From an uncultured delta proteobacterium (GTDB lineage Bacteria > Myxococcota_A > Polyangia > Palsa-1104), in assembly GCA_963816965.1 (NCBI GenBank), contig CAWFMP010000002.1, positions 3,796,313 to 3,860,312 on the forward strand: a stretch of 64,000 nt of DNA, in the 5' to 3' direction. Under the pieces are notes generated by a model. It was not told the origin of the DNA, did not search any database, and was given only the letters and a program-made list of their open reading frames with translations. Positions 53,239 to 64,000 of this stretch are shown here, one piece after another. The translations under genes and the position numbers were made by a program. Every line of letters begins with the position of its first letter. Position 1 is the stretch's first letter.

Positions 53239-56200
53239 GCGCTGTGGGAGGGAACGGCGGCGGCGGCAAGAGCGACGATGGCGAGCTCGACGACTGGGCG
53301 GCGGCCATCGACGAATGGGACGCGAACCTGGCGTTGCCGGCGCCGGGCGCCGCCAAGAAGGAGCCGGCAGCGGCTGCCGGAGACGAGGCCAAGGCGCGCG
53401 AGCGCTCGGCGACTCCCGCGGTAGGCGTGCCCGAGCTGCGCAAGCGCAAGGAGACCTCGGCGCCGATCGACGTGCCGGCGCCGCTCGAGGCCGCGCCCCT
53501 GCCCGGGGGGACGCTCGAAGAGGATCCGTTGATGCACCTCTTCGATGGCGAGATGGAGCTGCCCGAAGAGGCGGGGCAGGCGCTCGGCTCGCTGTTGGGC
53601 GACGCGATCAAGCAGCCGCCCGGGTCGCCGCACGCCGAGCCGCTCGAGGCCAGCCTCGATCTCGACGCCGAGCTGCCGCCGGATCAGGGCATGTTCGGCG
53701 ACGATTACGGCGGGTCGACGCGTGTCGCCGACGCCGACGAGTTCGATCGGCTGCTCGCCGACACGGCGTCGATCGCCGACGACGGCTCGGCACCGAGGCC
53801 GGCGCCGACAGCGCCGGCGGATGACGAGCCGTCGCTGTCGATCGACGTCGACGCCGACATGGTCAGCGACCCCGGCTTCGGCCAGGAGTCGACGCGCGTG
53901 GCGCCGGCGGCCGAGGTCGATCAGCTGCTCGCCGATGCCGACGACGTGGAGAAGGATTTGCCGCCCGCGCCGCCGCCGTCGGGGAGCTTCAAGGCGCCAA
54001 CGCTGCCCGAGCCGGGATCGAAGCTGCCATCGGGACGCTTCGGCGGGCCGAAGAAGCCGGCGCCGCCCGTCGAGCCTCAGGAGAGCCCGGCGCAGCTCGA
54101 CCTGGAGGTCGAGATGGAGCTCGGCGCCGCGGTCGAGCAGGCGGTGAGCGCGCCCCCGCCCGTCGACGAGGACTTCTACGACGACATCGTGGTCGAGGCC
54201 GCGCGCGATCAGCCGAGCGAGAGGCCCGCGCCGCCACGGCCGATTTTCGAGGCGCCGCCGCAGGCGCGCGAAGAGGACGACCACGATCTGTTCGAGGTCA
54301 CCGTCGATGCGTCGCCGGTGCCCGGGGTCTCGGGCAGCGACCCCGATCGCACGCCACTGCCGATTGCCGAGGGCACCGACGAGCCGCTCGGCGCCCAGCC
54401 GCTGCGCGTGATGCAGCTCGGCGAGTCACGTCCCGTCGTCGCCGCGCGCATTGCCCTGCCGATGGCCGCGGGCGCTGCGCCGCTGCCGACGCTGAGCGTG
54501 CCCGACGTTGGGCCGCCGCGCACGCTCGATCCGGCGTACCTGCGTGATCAGCTGGCGCTCTACGACACCGAGCGGTTGCTGTCGTCCGCGGACAAGCCGG
54601 AGCGCGTGGCGCAGCTGGCCTTCGCCGCCGGCCGCATCGCCGAGAAGCTCGCCGACGTCGGCGGCGCCATCGAGCGCTACGAGGCGGCGCTCGACGCCGA
54701 TCCCAAGCACGCGCACGCCCTGCGCGGGCTGCGCCGGCTCCACCTCGCCGACGGCAAGCGCGAGCCTGTGCTCGGCCTCCTCGATCGCGAGATCGCCGAC
54801 GCCTCGCCGGCGGAGCGGCGCGGGCTGCACGCCGTGCGCGCCGAGCTGGCGCTGGCGCTCGGCGACCGCGAGCTGGCGCACGCCTCCTACGACGCGATCG
54901 TCAAGGAGCAGGCCGACGATCTGGGCGCGCTCTCCGGGCTCGTCGACCTGGCGGCCGCGGGCAGCGACGAGGGGCGTGCCCAGCCCCTGCACGCGCTGTT
55001 CGAGGCGATCGGCTCCGCCGATGCGCCGATGCGCGCGGCGCTCCTGGTCGAGCATGCGCGGCTCGACGAGGCGGCCGGACGCGTGCGCGAGGCGGTGGCG
55101 CGTTATCGTGAGGCGCTCGGTGTCGATCCCACGTCGATGGCGGCGGCGTGGGGCCTTGTGCGCGTCGCGGTGCGCACGCCCGGGATCGCCGACGACATGG
55201 AGACCCACGCGCGCCTGGCCGAGCTTCTGCCCGCCGGGCCGCTGCGGCAGGCGCTCGAGCGGCGGCTGGGGATGCTGCGCGCGCGCGCCGGCGATGTGGC
55301 GGGTGCCCGACCGGCGCTGCAAGCGGCGGCCGCCGACGGTGACCGCGTGGCGCTCGCCGATCTGGCGCAGCTCGAGCGCGCCGACGGACGTCTCGAGGAG
55401 TCGGCGGCGGCGTTGGCGCAGGTGATCGAGGCCGAGCCCGATCCGGGGCGGCGCGCCGATCGTCTGATCGCGCTCGGCGAGCTGTCGGAGAAGCAGGGGC
55501 GCGTCGCGGAAGCCGCCGCCGCGTACGCGCGGGCGGCCGCGGAGTACGCCGACGATCCGCGCGCGGCGCGCGCGCTCGAGCGCACGCAGGCGGCGGGCGG
55601 CGACAAGGAGTCGGCGCTCACGCGCCATCTGCAGGCGGCCGAGCGCAGCCCGGCGCGCGCGCCGATGGAGCTGACCTACGCCGCGCGCCTGTTGCGCGAG
55701 CTCGGCCGCGCCGACGAGGCGCTGGCGCGGCTCGACATGGCGCTGACCGCGGCGCCGATGCTCGGCCCGGCGATCGATCTCGCCGTCGAGCTGCACCTGG
55801 CCGCCGGCCGCGCCGAGGAAGCGGCGGCGGTGCTCGGCCGCGCTGCCGACGCGGCCGATGAGCCGGGCCTGGCGCAGGCGTTCCGCATCCGCGCGGCGCG
55901 GATGTTGCTGCGCGCCAACCGCGCCGGCGATGCGCTGGCGATGGTGCGCCCGCTGCTCTCCGTGGCCGACGTGGCGCGCGCGGCGCGCTGGCTCGAGGAG
56001 CGTATCCTGCGCGTCGCCGAGGGGCAGGCCGATGCGCTGCGTGACAGCTTGCGCGCCGAGACCGACGCCGCCGAAGTGGTGGGCGACATGCGGCGCGCCG
56101 CCGCGCTCGCCTACGAGCGGGCGCTTCTGTCCTCCAGCGACGAGGAGGCCATCGACGCCTGGCGTCGCGTGCTCGCCATCGACCCCGGGCACGGCGCCGC

Positions 56201-59200
56201 AGTCGTCGAGATCGCGGCCCGCGCCGACGCCGAGCGCCGCGCCGCCGAGCTGCCGGCGATCCTCCAGGCGCAGCTGGCCGCCGCCGGCACGCGTCCGGAA
56301 GCCATCGCGGTCGCGCTGCAGCTCGGCGCGGTGCTGCTCGAGGACGCCCGCGATGGCGCGGGCGCCGCGCGCGTCTACGCCGATGCCGCGGCGCGCGCGC
56401 CCGGCTATGCCCCTGCGCGCGAGGGGCTCGATCGCGTGGCCCGCCTGAGCGACGATCCCGCCGCGCACCTCGGGGCGCTCGAGCGCGAGCGCGCCGATGC
56501 CGAGCTGCCCGAGCAGCGCTTCGCCATCGATCTCGTCCTCGGCGAGAAGCTGGAGGAGGGTGGCCATCCCGATCGGGCGGTCGAACGCTATCGCCGCGCG
56601 CTCGAGTCGCGCCCCAATCACCCGCTGGCGCGGCACGCGCTGGAGCGCGCGCTGCAGGCAGCCAGAGATCACGCCGCGCTCGCCGATCTCGCGCTCGCCG
56701 ATCTCAAGGATGCGCCCGATCCGCTGGCCAAGGTCGCCGCCTACGAGCGGCTCGCGTTTCTCGACGGAGAATTGCGCGGCGATCCCAACGCAGCGCTGCT
56801 CGGCTGGGAGTCGATCCTCGAGGTCGACCACGCACACCACGTCGCCATGCGCGTGCTCGAGAAGCACTATATCGGCGAGGAGCGCTGGCCCGAGCTGGTC
56901 GCGCTCTACGAGCAGATGGGCCTGGGCGCCGTCGACCCCGCCTTCGCGGTGGCCGTGCACCTCGATCGCGCGCGCCTGCGCCGCCGCCTCGCCGGCAGCG
57001 CGCAGCCGGAGGTAGCGGGCGAAACGAGCGTGTCCGAGGCGGAGCTGGCCGTCGCCATCGACAACGACTATCGGCTGGCGCTCTTCAAGGATCGGCGCTG
57101 CCGCCCCGCGCTGCGGCACGTCTACGCGCGGGCACGCAGCGGCCACGATCTGGCGCAGGAGGCCGACGCCGCCGGTGCGCTCGCCGACGCCACGCCCGAC
57201 GACGCCCGCACCGCCGCCGTCATGCTCACCCGCGCCGCCGAGGCGCTGGTCGAGCTCGACCGCGGCGACGACGCGCGCGCGCGCTACGAAGCGGCCATCG
57301 AGCGCCTGCCGTCGCACGTGCCGGCGCTGGTCGGCCTGACCGACTTCGCCCTGCAAAAGGGCGATTGGGCGCGCGCCTCGCACGCCGCCGAGCGCGCCGG
57401 CCACGCGCTGCGCGACAGCGCCGCCAAGGCGCGGCTCTTCTTGGTCGCCGGCGCGCTCGCGCAGGAGCGCCTCGAGGGGCCGGACGAGAAGATCGCCCGC
57501 GCGCAGTCCCTGTTCCGCCAGGCGCTCGCCGCCGATCCGCGCTCGGGCGAGACCTTCTCGCGCCTCGAGCGCTCGCTGCACGAGACGCACGACTTCGCCG
57601 CGCTCGCCGAGCTCTACCAGCGCCGCATCGAGGTGGAGACCGACAGCGGCAAGCTGATGGCGCTGCACCTCATGCTCGCGCGCATCGCCCGCGACGAGCT
57701 CAAGGATCGCGACCGGGCGCGCGCCGAGCTCAAGGCGGTCCTGGCGCAAGACCCGGGCCACCTCGAGGCGCTGGCCGCGCTCGCCGATCTGCAGTTCGAG
57801 GATCAGCAGTGGTCCGAGGCCGCCGAGACGCTCATCCGCCGCGCGCGCGCCGAGAAGTCGCGCACCGCGCTCAAGGACATCTTCTTCAAGCTCGGCCTCA
57901 TCTACTCGGAGCACCTGCCCGATCCCAAGCGCGCGGTGGCGTCGTTCACCCGCGTCCTGCAGGTCACGCCCGACGACATCGTCGCGCTCGGGCACCTGTC
58001 GAACCTGCACGTCAAGGAGTGGGAGTGGAAGGGCGCCCTGCAAGCGACGCTGCGCCTGGCCGGGCTCGAGCCCGAGCCGCACAAGCGCGTCGCGCACCTG
58101 CACCGGGTGGCCAAGATCTACGAGGAGGGCTTCAAGGACGCGCGCCACGCGCTCGCCGCCTTGCGCGACGCGATGGAGATCGATCCGCTCTACCTGCCGT
58201 CGATCGGTGAGCTGGCCAAGTTCTTCGATCGCCAGTCCGACGTGCAGTCGATGCGCGTGCACCTCGATCGCACCAGCGCGCGCGTGCGCCACCAGCTCGA
58301 CACCAACCCGCTCGACCCGAGCGCCCTACCACTCGCTCTTCAAGATCTACGGCTGGCGCCGCGCGCCCGATCGCGCCGCCTTCGCCGCCGGCACGCTCGA
58401 TTGGCTCGGCGCTGCCGACGCCGAAGAGAAGGCGATGCTGCACAAGCTCACCGGGCGCGACAACTACCCCGGCTCGTCGCTGGCCGACCCGACGCTCGAC
58501 GAGACGCTGTTCGACGCCCGCGTGCCCGCGGGCTTCCGCAACCTGTTCCGCCTGCTCGACGAGCCGCTGGCCAAGATGTTCCGCGCCGACGTCAAGCGCC
58601 TCGGCGTCGGCCGCCACGAGAAGCTGCCGCGCTCGGGCCACGCGCTGCGCGAGGTGGCCAACAAGGTCGCCGTCGATCTCGGCGTTCGCGACTTCGATCT
58701 CTACGTCACGGCCGCGCACCCGACCGCGCTGGTCGTCGAGCTGACCGATCCGCTCTCGGTCGTCATCGGCAACAAGGTCATCGAAGGCGCGCACGAGCTC
58801 GAGCTGCGCTTCCTCTTCGGCCGCTGCTTCAAGATGATTCAGAGCCACATGGCGCTGCCGATGCGCCTGACGCCCGAGGATCTGGGGCTTTTGGTCGGCG
58901 GCATCGTGCGGCAGTTCGTGCCCGACTTCGTGCCCGCCGGGTTCGACGAGGCGCAGATCGTGGCCGAAGCCGGTCGCATGGTGCGCATCATCCCGAAGAA
59001 GATGCACGGCGAGCTCTTGCCGTTCGCCCTCGAGTGCGCCTCGGAGTCGCTCGACCTGAAGCAGATCGGCCCGTCGCTGGTGCACACGGCCAATCGCGCG
59101 GGCCTCTTGTGCTGCGGCCTGCCCGGACCGTCGCTGACCGCGATCCGGCGCCTCGCCGACGACGCTCAGCTGCGGGCGCTGTTGCGCTTCACCGTCTCCG

Positions 59201-59247
59201 ACGAGCTCGCCGAGCTGCGAAGGCAGCTCGGCACCGCGCTCGGCTGA
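53235..59247 (+). CDS. Giant TPR-repeat protein (~2,000 aa) with acidic/Pro-rich disordered N-terminal region; one frame change near 58320
   Basis: ATG overlaps upstream stop (ATGA); in frame with track ORF 52365..59285 up to ~58320, then C-terminus continues in track ORF 58207..59247 (…AYHSLFKIYGWRRAPDRAAF…). Confidence 0.7.
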
Positions 59248-59379
59248 TCGCGGGCGCTGGGGTCTGCCGGCGGCTGGCAGCGTAGCCATGGCGGTCCCAC
59301 CTGCGGTCGATTGACCCCAGGCGCGCTAATGGTTTCAATCGGTTAATCCTGGTACGACCTTTGCTCACATTGCCCGCCC

Positions 59380-60510
59380 GTGCGGCGGCCCACCCTGTAT
59401 CTGACCCTATCGCTCCTCTGGTCGGCCCTCGGCTGCGGCCCCCGGACCGGCACCAGCCTGGACCCGATCGCGCCCCAGACCGCGGTTGTCGGCGTCGAGC
59501 TCGGCGTCATGCTGCGCGCCGCCACGGCCGCCCACGTCGACTTCGCGTTCCAGTCCGACCTCGATCTGAAGGAGCGCCGCCTGCTGCCGACGCTGACGCC
59601 CTACGCCAACGGCGAGGCGATGTTCCGCTGGACGCCGCTGGCCTCCGATCTCGGCGATCACACCTTCCGCTTCAGCGCCACCGTCGACGGCGTGCCCGCC
59701 TGGGAGCCGGTCGCCATCCGCGTCGTCGCCGGTGACGATCCGATCTCGTTCCGCTCGCCGGTGGGGGAGGGCACGACGCTCGATCTGGCGCGCGCCCCCT
59801 GCGCGGTCATCCCGCTGCTCGTCGACGACACCAGCGCCACCGAGGTCGAGCTCGCTCCCGGCGGCCCGCTGCCCGACGGCGCCACCCTCGATCGCGACGG
59901 TCCGCTGTCGGGGCACCTCAAGTTCTGTCCGTCGAAGGTGCTGGCGCAGGCGCAGACGATCTTCCCGTTCAGCATCGTCGCCAGCGACAGCGGCGGCGCG
60001 CGCACCGAGAAGCGCTACACGGTCGTGCTCGGCATCCTGGCGCCGCCGGTGGTTGCGCCGCCGCCGGCGCCGACGCCCGATCCGAACCCGAATCCCAATC
60101 CGCCGCCGACGCCGACCTGCGACAGCGCCGCGCCGACCATCCAGACCACGCCGCACGGCGACATCACCACCGTCGGCAATCCGCACATCTACGCCGAGAT
60201 CTCGGATCCGCACGGCATCTACAACGCCATCGTCTTCTGGTCGACGACGCCGCCCGACGATCCCGAGAACCCCGATCTGTTCGCCATGGACGCTGTCGAC
60301 ATGCAGCTTCTGTCCGGCAGCTCGCAGGACGGGCAGTGGGGCGGCACCATCCCGAGCCCGGTCATCGACGACGTGCCGGGGACGACCGCGACGATCTACT
60401 ACGTCATCGGCACCACCGACGACGACGACGCGGTCCCCGGCTGCCCGTACCACGCGACCTTCAGCCCGGCCAGCGGTGTCTACTCGTTCGACATCACGCG
60501 GGCGAACTGA
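59380..60510 (+). CDS. Hypothetical lipoprotein with Pro/Asn-rich linker
   Basis: MRRPTLYLTLSLLWSALGCG lipobox; PDPNPNPNPPPTPT linker; 376 aa. Confidence 0.6.
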   Translation: MRRPTLYLTLSLLWSALGCGPRTGTSLDPIAPQTAVVGVELGVMLRAATAAHVDFAFQSDLDLKERRLLPTLTPYANGEAMFRWTPLASDLGDHTFRFSATVDGVPAWEPVAIRVVAGDDPISFRSPVGEGTTLDLARAPCAVIPLLVDDTSATEVELAPGGPLPDGATLDRDGPLSGHLKFCPSKVLAQAQTIFPFSIVASDSGGARTEKRYTVVLGILAPPVVAPPPAPTPDPNPNPNPPPTPTCDSAAPTIQTTPHGDITTVGNPHIYAEISDPHGIYNAIVFWSTTPPDDPENPDLFAMDAVDMQLLSGSSQDGQWGGTIPSPVIDDVPGTTATIYYVIGTTDDDDAVPGCPYHATFSPASGVYSFDITRAN

Positions 60511-62457
60511 TGCGCCGGCTGGCTGCGATCGCCCTCGTCACTACCCTGGCCACGAGCGGCTGCTCGTCGGCGCAGCTCCCTGGGCTCGATGACGGGCTCG
60601 CCACGCCGCGCGTCGACGAGCTGCACCCGGCGCTGATCCTGCCCTCGTCGCGCATCGATCTGGTGGGCGCCGGCTTCGCCGATCCCGCGCGCGCCACCAC
60701 CCGCCTCGCCCTGCGCGGCCGCTTCACTCCGACCGGCGGCGCCGCACAGACGGTCGAGCTCACGCTGGCGGCGACCCAGGTCGACGACGCACACGCCTAC
60801 GCGGTTGCCGCGGGCGCCGCATGGGCGCTGCCGGCGACGAGCGGCCACTTCGACGGCAGCGCCGTCGCGCAGTCGCTCTCGGCGGTCGACGGCAGCCTGC
60901 GCGAGTCGCCGGCGCAGCCGGTCAGCTTCGACGTCGCCGTCCACCCTGCAGCCGCACCTCTCGTCGCTGACCGCCGGCGCCGCTGGGACGCTGCACGTCA
61001 ACGATCCGGTCGTGCTCAGCGGCGACAGCTTCCTCCTCGGCAACGGCGAGGGCGAGACCCGCGTGGTGGTCAACGGCGTCGAGCTGGTGGCGCGACCGCT
61101 GCCCGAGGCGCCGTGGGATCGCACGCGCGTCGCCTTCCCCTTCGCGCCGGCGATCGCCGGCATCCAGCCCGGCAGCTTCAGCGGCACCGTCGCCGTGCGC
61201 AACGTCCTCGCCTCGGGCGCGGCCGAGGCGGCCGGCACGCTGCCGCTGGCCGTCACCATCGTCAAGCCGGAGATCACCGCCGTGGCGCCCACCGCCGCCA
61301 GCCTCGGCCAGTACGTCGACATCTCGGGCGGCGGCTTCGTCGGTGAAGCGGCCGACGAAGTGACGCTCCTGCACCTGGTCGGGAACTTCACGCCCGACGG
61401 CGGCGGCACCGCCGCGCCCGTCGACCTCACGCTCGTGCCCCACTTCAGCGCCGGTACCAGGCTGCGCTACGTGCTCGACGAGGCCGACGCGCTGGGCCGC
61501 CTCATCGATCTGCGCCGCGTCTCGGGTCGCTTCGTCGGTCAAGTCACGCCCATCGCCCGCAAGGGCGCCGACGAGGTCGTGGGCGCCGCCGCCGACGCCA
61601 CCCTGGCCGTCGCCCCGGTCAAGCAGGTCATCTACGTGCGCTTTTTACCCTCGTACCTCGACTCGCTCCGCCTCTACGGCCTCGCCAACGCCGACGCGCT
61701 CGTACGCCAGCGCATCTTCGCCGTCGCTGCGCGCGACTACGTCGGCATCAACGTCGAGTTCCGCGACACGCCGCCCGCGGACTTCGCGCTCTATTCGCAG
61801 GTCGACGTCGAAGGGCCCGATCCCAACGCGCTCGGTCTGCTCGGCTACGACAACACGCCGGGCAAGGACGTCGGCAACCAGCGCCTGTTCGATCGCATCG
61901 GCGGCGTCAACGCCACCACGCAGTCCGACGGCTTTCCCGGCTACGGCGGCGTCTTCGCCGAGAACTTCCTCGGCTTCTCCGCGCACCCCTCGTCGCGCGT
62001 GGCGCGTCTGGAGACCGATCCCACGCACTTCGACGCCATCTTCGACGCCGTGCGTCCCGACACCGGCACTCCGGTCAGCAGCGCCGAGGTCCGCGCCGGC
62101 ATCCCCGCGCTCGATGACGGGGGCGCGTGCCTCGGCGCGCGGAACCGCGCCATGCAGGTCGGCTGCGCCGTCTTCGTCCTCGGCAACCTCGTCGGCAGCA
62201 CGCTCACTCACGAAGCCGGCCACAGCCTGGGCCTCGCCGATCCCACCGGCGAAGCGTTCCACGATCCGGGCGACGGCATCGATCGTCTCATGGACACCGG
62301 TGGCAACCGTCCCTTCGAGGAGCGCGCCGAGCTGCTCGGCCAGGGCCCCGCGGTCTTCTGCTCCGACGAGTACGTCTACCTGCGGACGATCCTGCCGTCA
62401 CTGCTCCCCGGCGATGCCGCCGCCGGCGATTCGATCGCGCGCCCCGACTGCAACTGA
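60510..62457 (+). CDS. Lipoprotein with C-terminal zinc-metalloprotease-like HExxH motif; one frame change near 60940
   Basis: MRRLAAIALVTTLATSGCSS lipobox in one frame (~145 aa), remainder in track ORF 60805..62457 containing THEAGHSLGL. Confidence 0.6.
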
Positions 62458-62472
62458 AGTAGAGTCTGCACC

Positions 62473-62856
62473 GTGAAGCTCTATGGTGCGCTCGACGTGG
62501 CGTTCGCCGCGCTCTACGCCTGGTTCGGCTTTCTGTTCACCCCTGGACGCTCGACCCCGTTCAACGTGGCGCTGGCGCTGGTCTGCGCGCTGCTCGCCGC
62601 CGGCGGCGCCGGCCTCATCGCCGGCGCCCGCTGGGGCCGCGCGCTCGCCATCGTCGCCTGCGCGGCGCTGCTCGTGTTCGCCGCCGTCGTCGTCCTGCTG
62701 CTCGTCGCCTCGAGCGCCTACCTGCGCGGCATCTACGGCCCGCTCGGCCAGGGCATGGCGGTGATGACGCTGCTCGTCGCCGCGCTGGTGATCGAGGGCT
62801 TCGCGCTCTTGCCGCTGTTCCAGCTCCGCTTCCTCCTCGGGCAGCGACGTGCGTAA
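62473..62856 (+). CDS. Small polytopic membrane protein
   Basis: Track ORF; four hydrophobic segments. Confidence 0.5.
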   Translation: MKLYGALDVAFAALYAWFGFLFTPGRSTPFNVALALVCALLAAGGAGLIAGARWGRALAIVACAALLVFAAVVVLLLVASSAYLRGIYGPLGQGMAVMTLLVAALVIEGFALLPLFQLRFLLGQRRA

Positions 62857-64000
62857 CGGGCTCGCCGCCTTCGCCGCGCTCGCCGGCATGGTGTGGATCG
62901 CGGTCTTCGCGGTCTACCGCACGCCCTCCTGGACGCCGCTGCCGCCGGCGCAGCGCGCGGCGATGATCGCGCGCGTCCGCGGCGGCGAGCGGCCGGCCTG
63001 GCCCGAGCGCGCCGTCGCCGGCGCCACCTTCGTGCGGGCGTTCGCCGATGGCGCGGCCCTGAGCGGCCCGCCGACGCCGGCCTCCCGCGTCAAGGTGGAC
63101 GTCGTCGTCGCGCGCGCTCCCATCTTCGCTGGCTACATGCCGCTGTTCGCGCTTTCGCTCGTCGCCGGCATGGACGGCATCGGCGTCGATGTCGGCGCTC
63201 GCGAGGCGTTCCTCCTCCCCGACGATCTCCTGCGCGCCGACGCGCTGGCCGGCGATACGCCGCTGTCGGCCATGGACCTCGAGCTCGGCGCCCGCCGCGA
63301 CGTCATCGATCATCTGCTCGCGCAAAAGCTCGGCCTGGACGACAGCGCCTTTGCCCGTGCGCCGAAGAGGTACTTCCGCTTCCGCACGGACTCATTCATC
63401 GAATCGGCCGATCACGCGACGGTGCTGCCGATCGTCCGCGGCAACACGCCCGGCCCGCGGCTGACCAGGCAGGCGCTGCGCGACGGCGCCATCGCCGGCG
63501 GCCGCTACCTTCTGCGCCACCTGTACGAAGACGGCCGCTTTGGCTACGAGTACACGCCGGCCACCGACACCGACGAGGCCTACGGCCTCGACTATTCGCT
63601 GCCGCGCCACGCCGGCGCCACCTACTTTCTGGCCCAGCTCTACGGCGCCACCGGCGACGTCACCTTCCGGCAGGGCGCACGCCGCGCGCTCGACTTTCTG
63701 GCGCAGCGCCAACCCGACGCCTGCGGCAACCCGACGCGCAGCTGCGTCGCCAACCGCGATCTGCGGGTCGCCGATCTGGGCGCCACCGCCATGGCGCTGC
63801 TCGCCGTCGGCGAGTTCGAGCGCGCCACCGGCGACCGGGGCCAGATGCCGTGGGCGCGCCGCCTGGCCGCGTTCCTCCTGTTCATGCAGAAGGACAATGG
63901 CGACTTCTGCCATCTGTTCGATCCGATCTCCGACAGCCGCGACGAGAAGACCAAGCTGCTCTACTTCTCCGGCGAGGCGGCCTTCGCGCTCGCCAAGCTG
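62849..64000 (+). CDS. Hypothetical membrane-anchored protein, partial (continues beyond window)
   Basis: Own translation from GTG overlapping previous stop: VRNGLAAFAALAGMVWIAVFAVY… open to window end, strong GC3 bias; not in ORF track (no ATG, no stop). Confidence 0.5.
   Translation, partial: MRNGLAAFAALAGMVWIAVFAVYRTPSWTPLPPAQRAAMIARVRGGERPAWPERAVAGATFVRAFADGAALSGPPTPASRVKVDVVVARAPIFAGYMPLFALSLVAGMDGIGVDVGAREAFLLPDDLLRADALAGDTPLSAMDLELGARRDVIDHLLAQKLGLDDSAFARAPKRYFRFRTDSFIESADHATVLPIVRGNTPGPRLTRQALRDGAIAGGRYLLRHLYEDGRFGYEYTPATDTDEAYGLDYSLPRHAGATYFLAQLYGATGDVTFRQGARRALDFLAQRQPDACGNPTRSCVANRDLRVADLGATAMALLAVGEFERATGDRGQMPWARRLAAFLLFMQKDNGDFCHLFDPISDSRDEKTKLLYFSGEAAFALAKL

Noticed and set aside
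54426-58292. 1288-aa minus-strand ORF antisense to second giant TPR gene
   Set aside because: Antisense to a coherent TPR coding frame. Composition (Arg/Gly/Ala-rich) is typical of GC-driven open frames. Similar artefacts occur at 48676..50289, 51064..52689 and 52695..54284.

Overview
High-GC (~70%) bacterial chromosomal segment. Gene content looks Myxococcota-like: many lipoproteins, eukaryotic-type Ser/Thr kinases, giant TPR proteins and PilZ. This is inference from content, with no search run.

Coding density is high on both strands. Recognisable genes:
- a partial secreted trypsin-family protease
- a Ser/Thr kinase fused to a STAND/AAA NTPase and TPR region
- an MBL-fold hydrolase
- two GH15 glycoside hydrolases
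- a zwf-opcA-pgl pentose-phosphate operon
- a tandem pair of paralogous lipoproteins
- an FAD oxidoreductase
- a second PEGA-type Ser/Thr kinase
- VanW, an Omp85-like outer-membrane protein, PilZ and a secreted lipase
- asnS, leuS and a radical-SAM protein
- histidine-utilisation genes hutH/hutU/hutI split by a GMC oxidoreductase module
- two translationally coupled giant TPR proteins (~1,737 and ~2,000 aa), followed by two lipoproteins, one carrying an HExxH metalloprotease motif

No rRNA or CRISPR array was seen, and no tRNA could be recognised by eye.

Most notable non-genic structure: a 582-bp MITE-like insertion at 18287..18868. It has perfect 20-bp terminal inverted repeats, a 10-bp target-site duplication and an internal 26-bp hairpin.

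Two convergent intergenic regions carry related palindromic repeat motifs. One of them also has a 23-bp perfect inverted repeat.

Reading frames of conserved housekeeping genes (zwf, asnS, hutH, hutU, hutI) are interrupted many times within short spans. Neighbouring lineage-specific genes are mostly intact, with only isolated single indels. This points to localised consensus errors (e.g. metagenome/long-read artefacts) or gene decay.

Many long ORFs in the six-frame track are alternate-frame or antisense artefacts of high GC.
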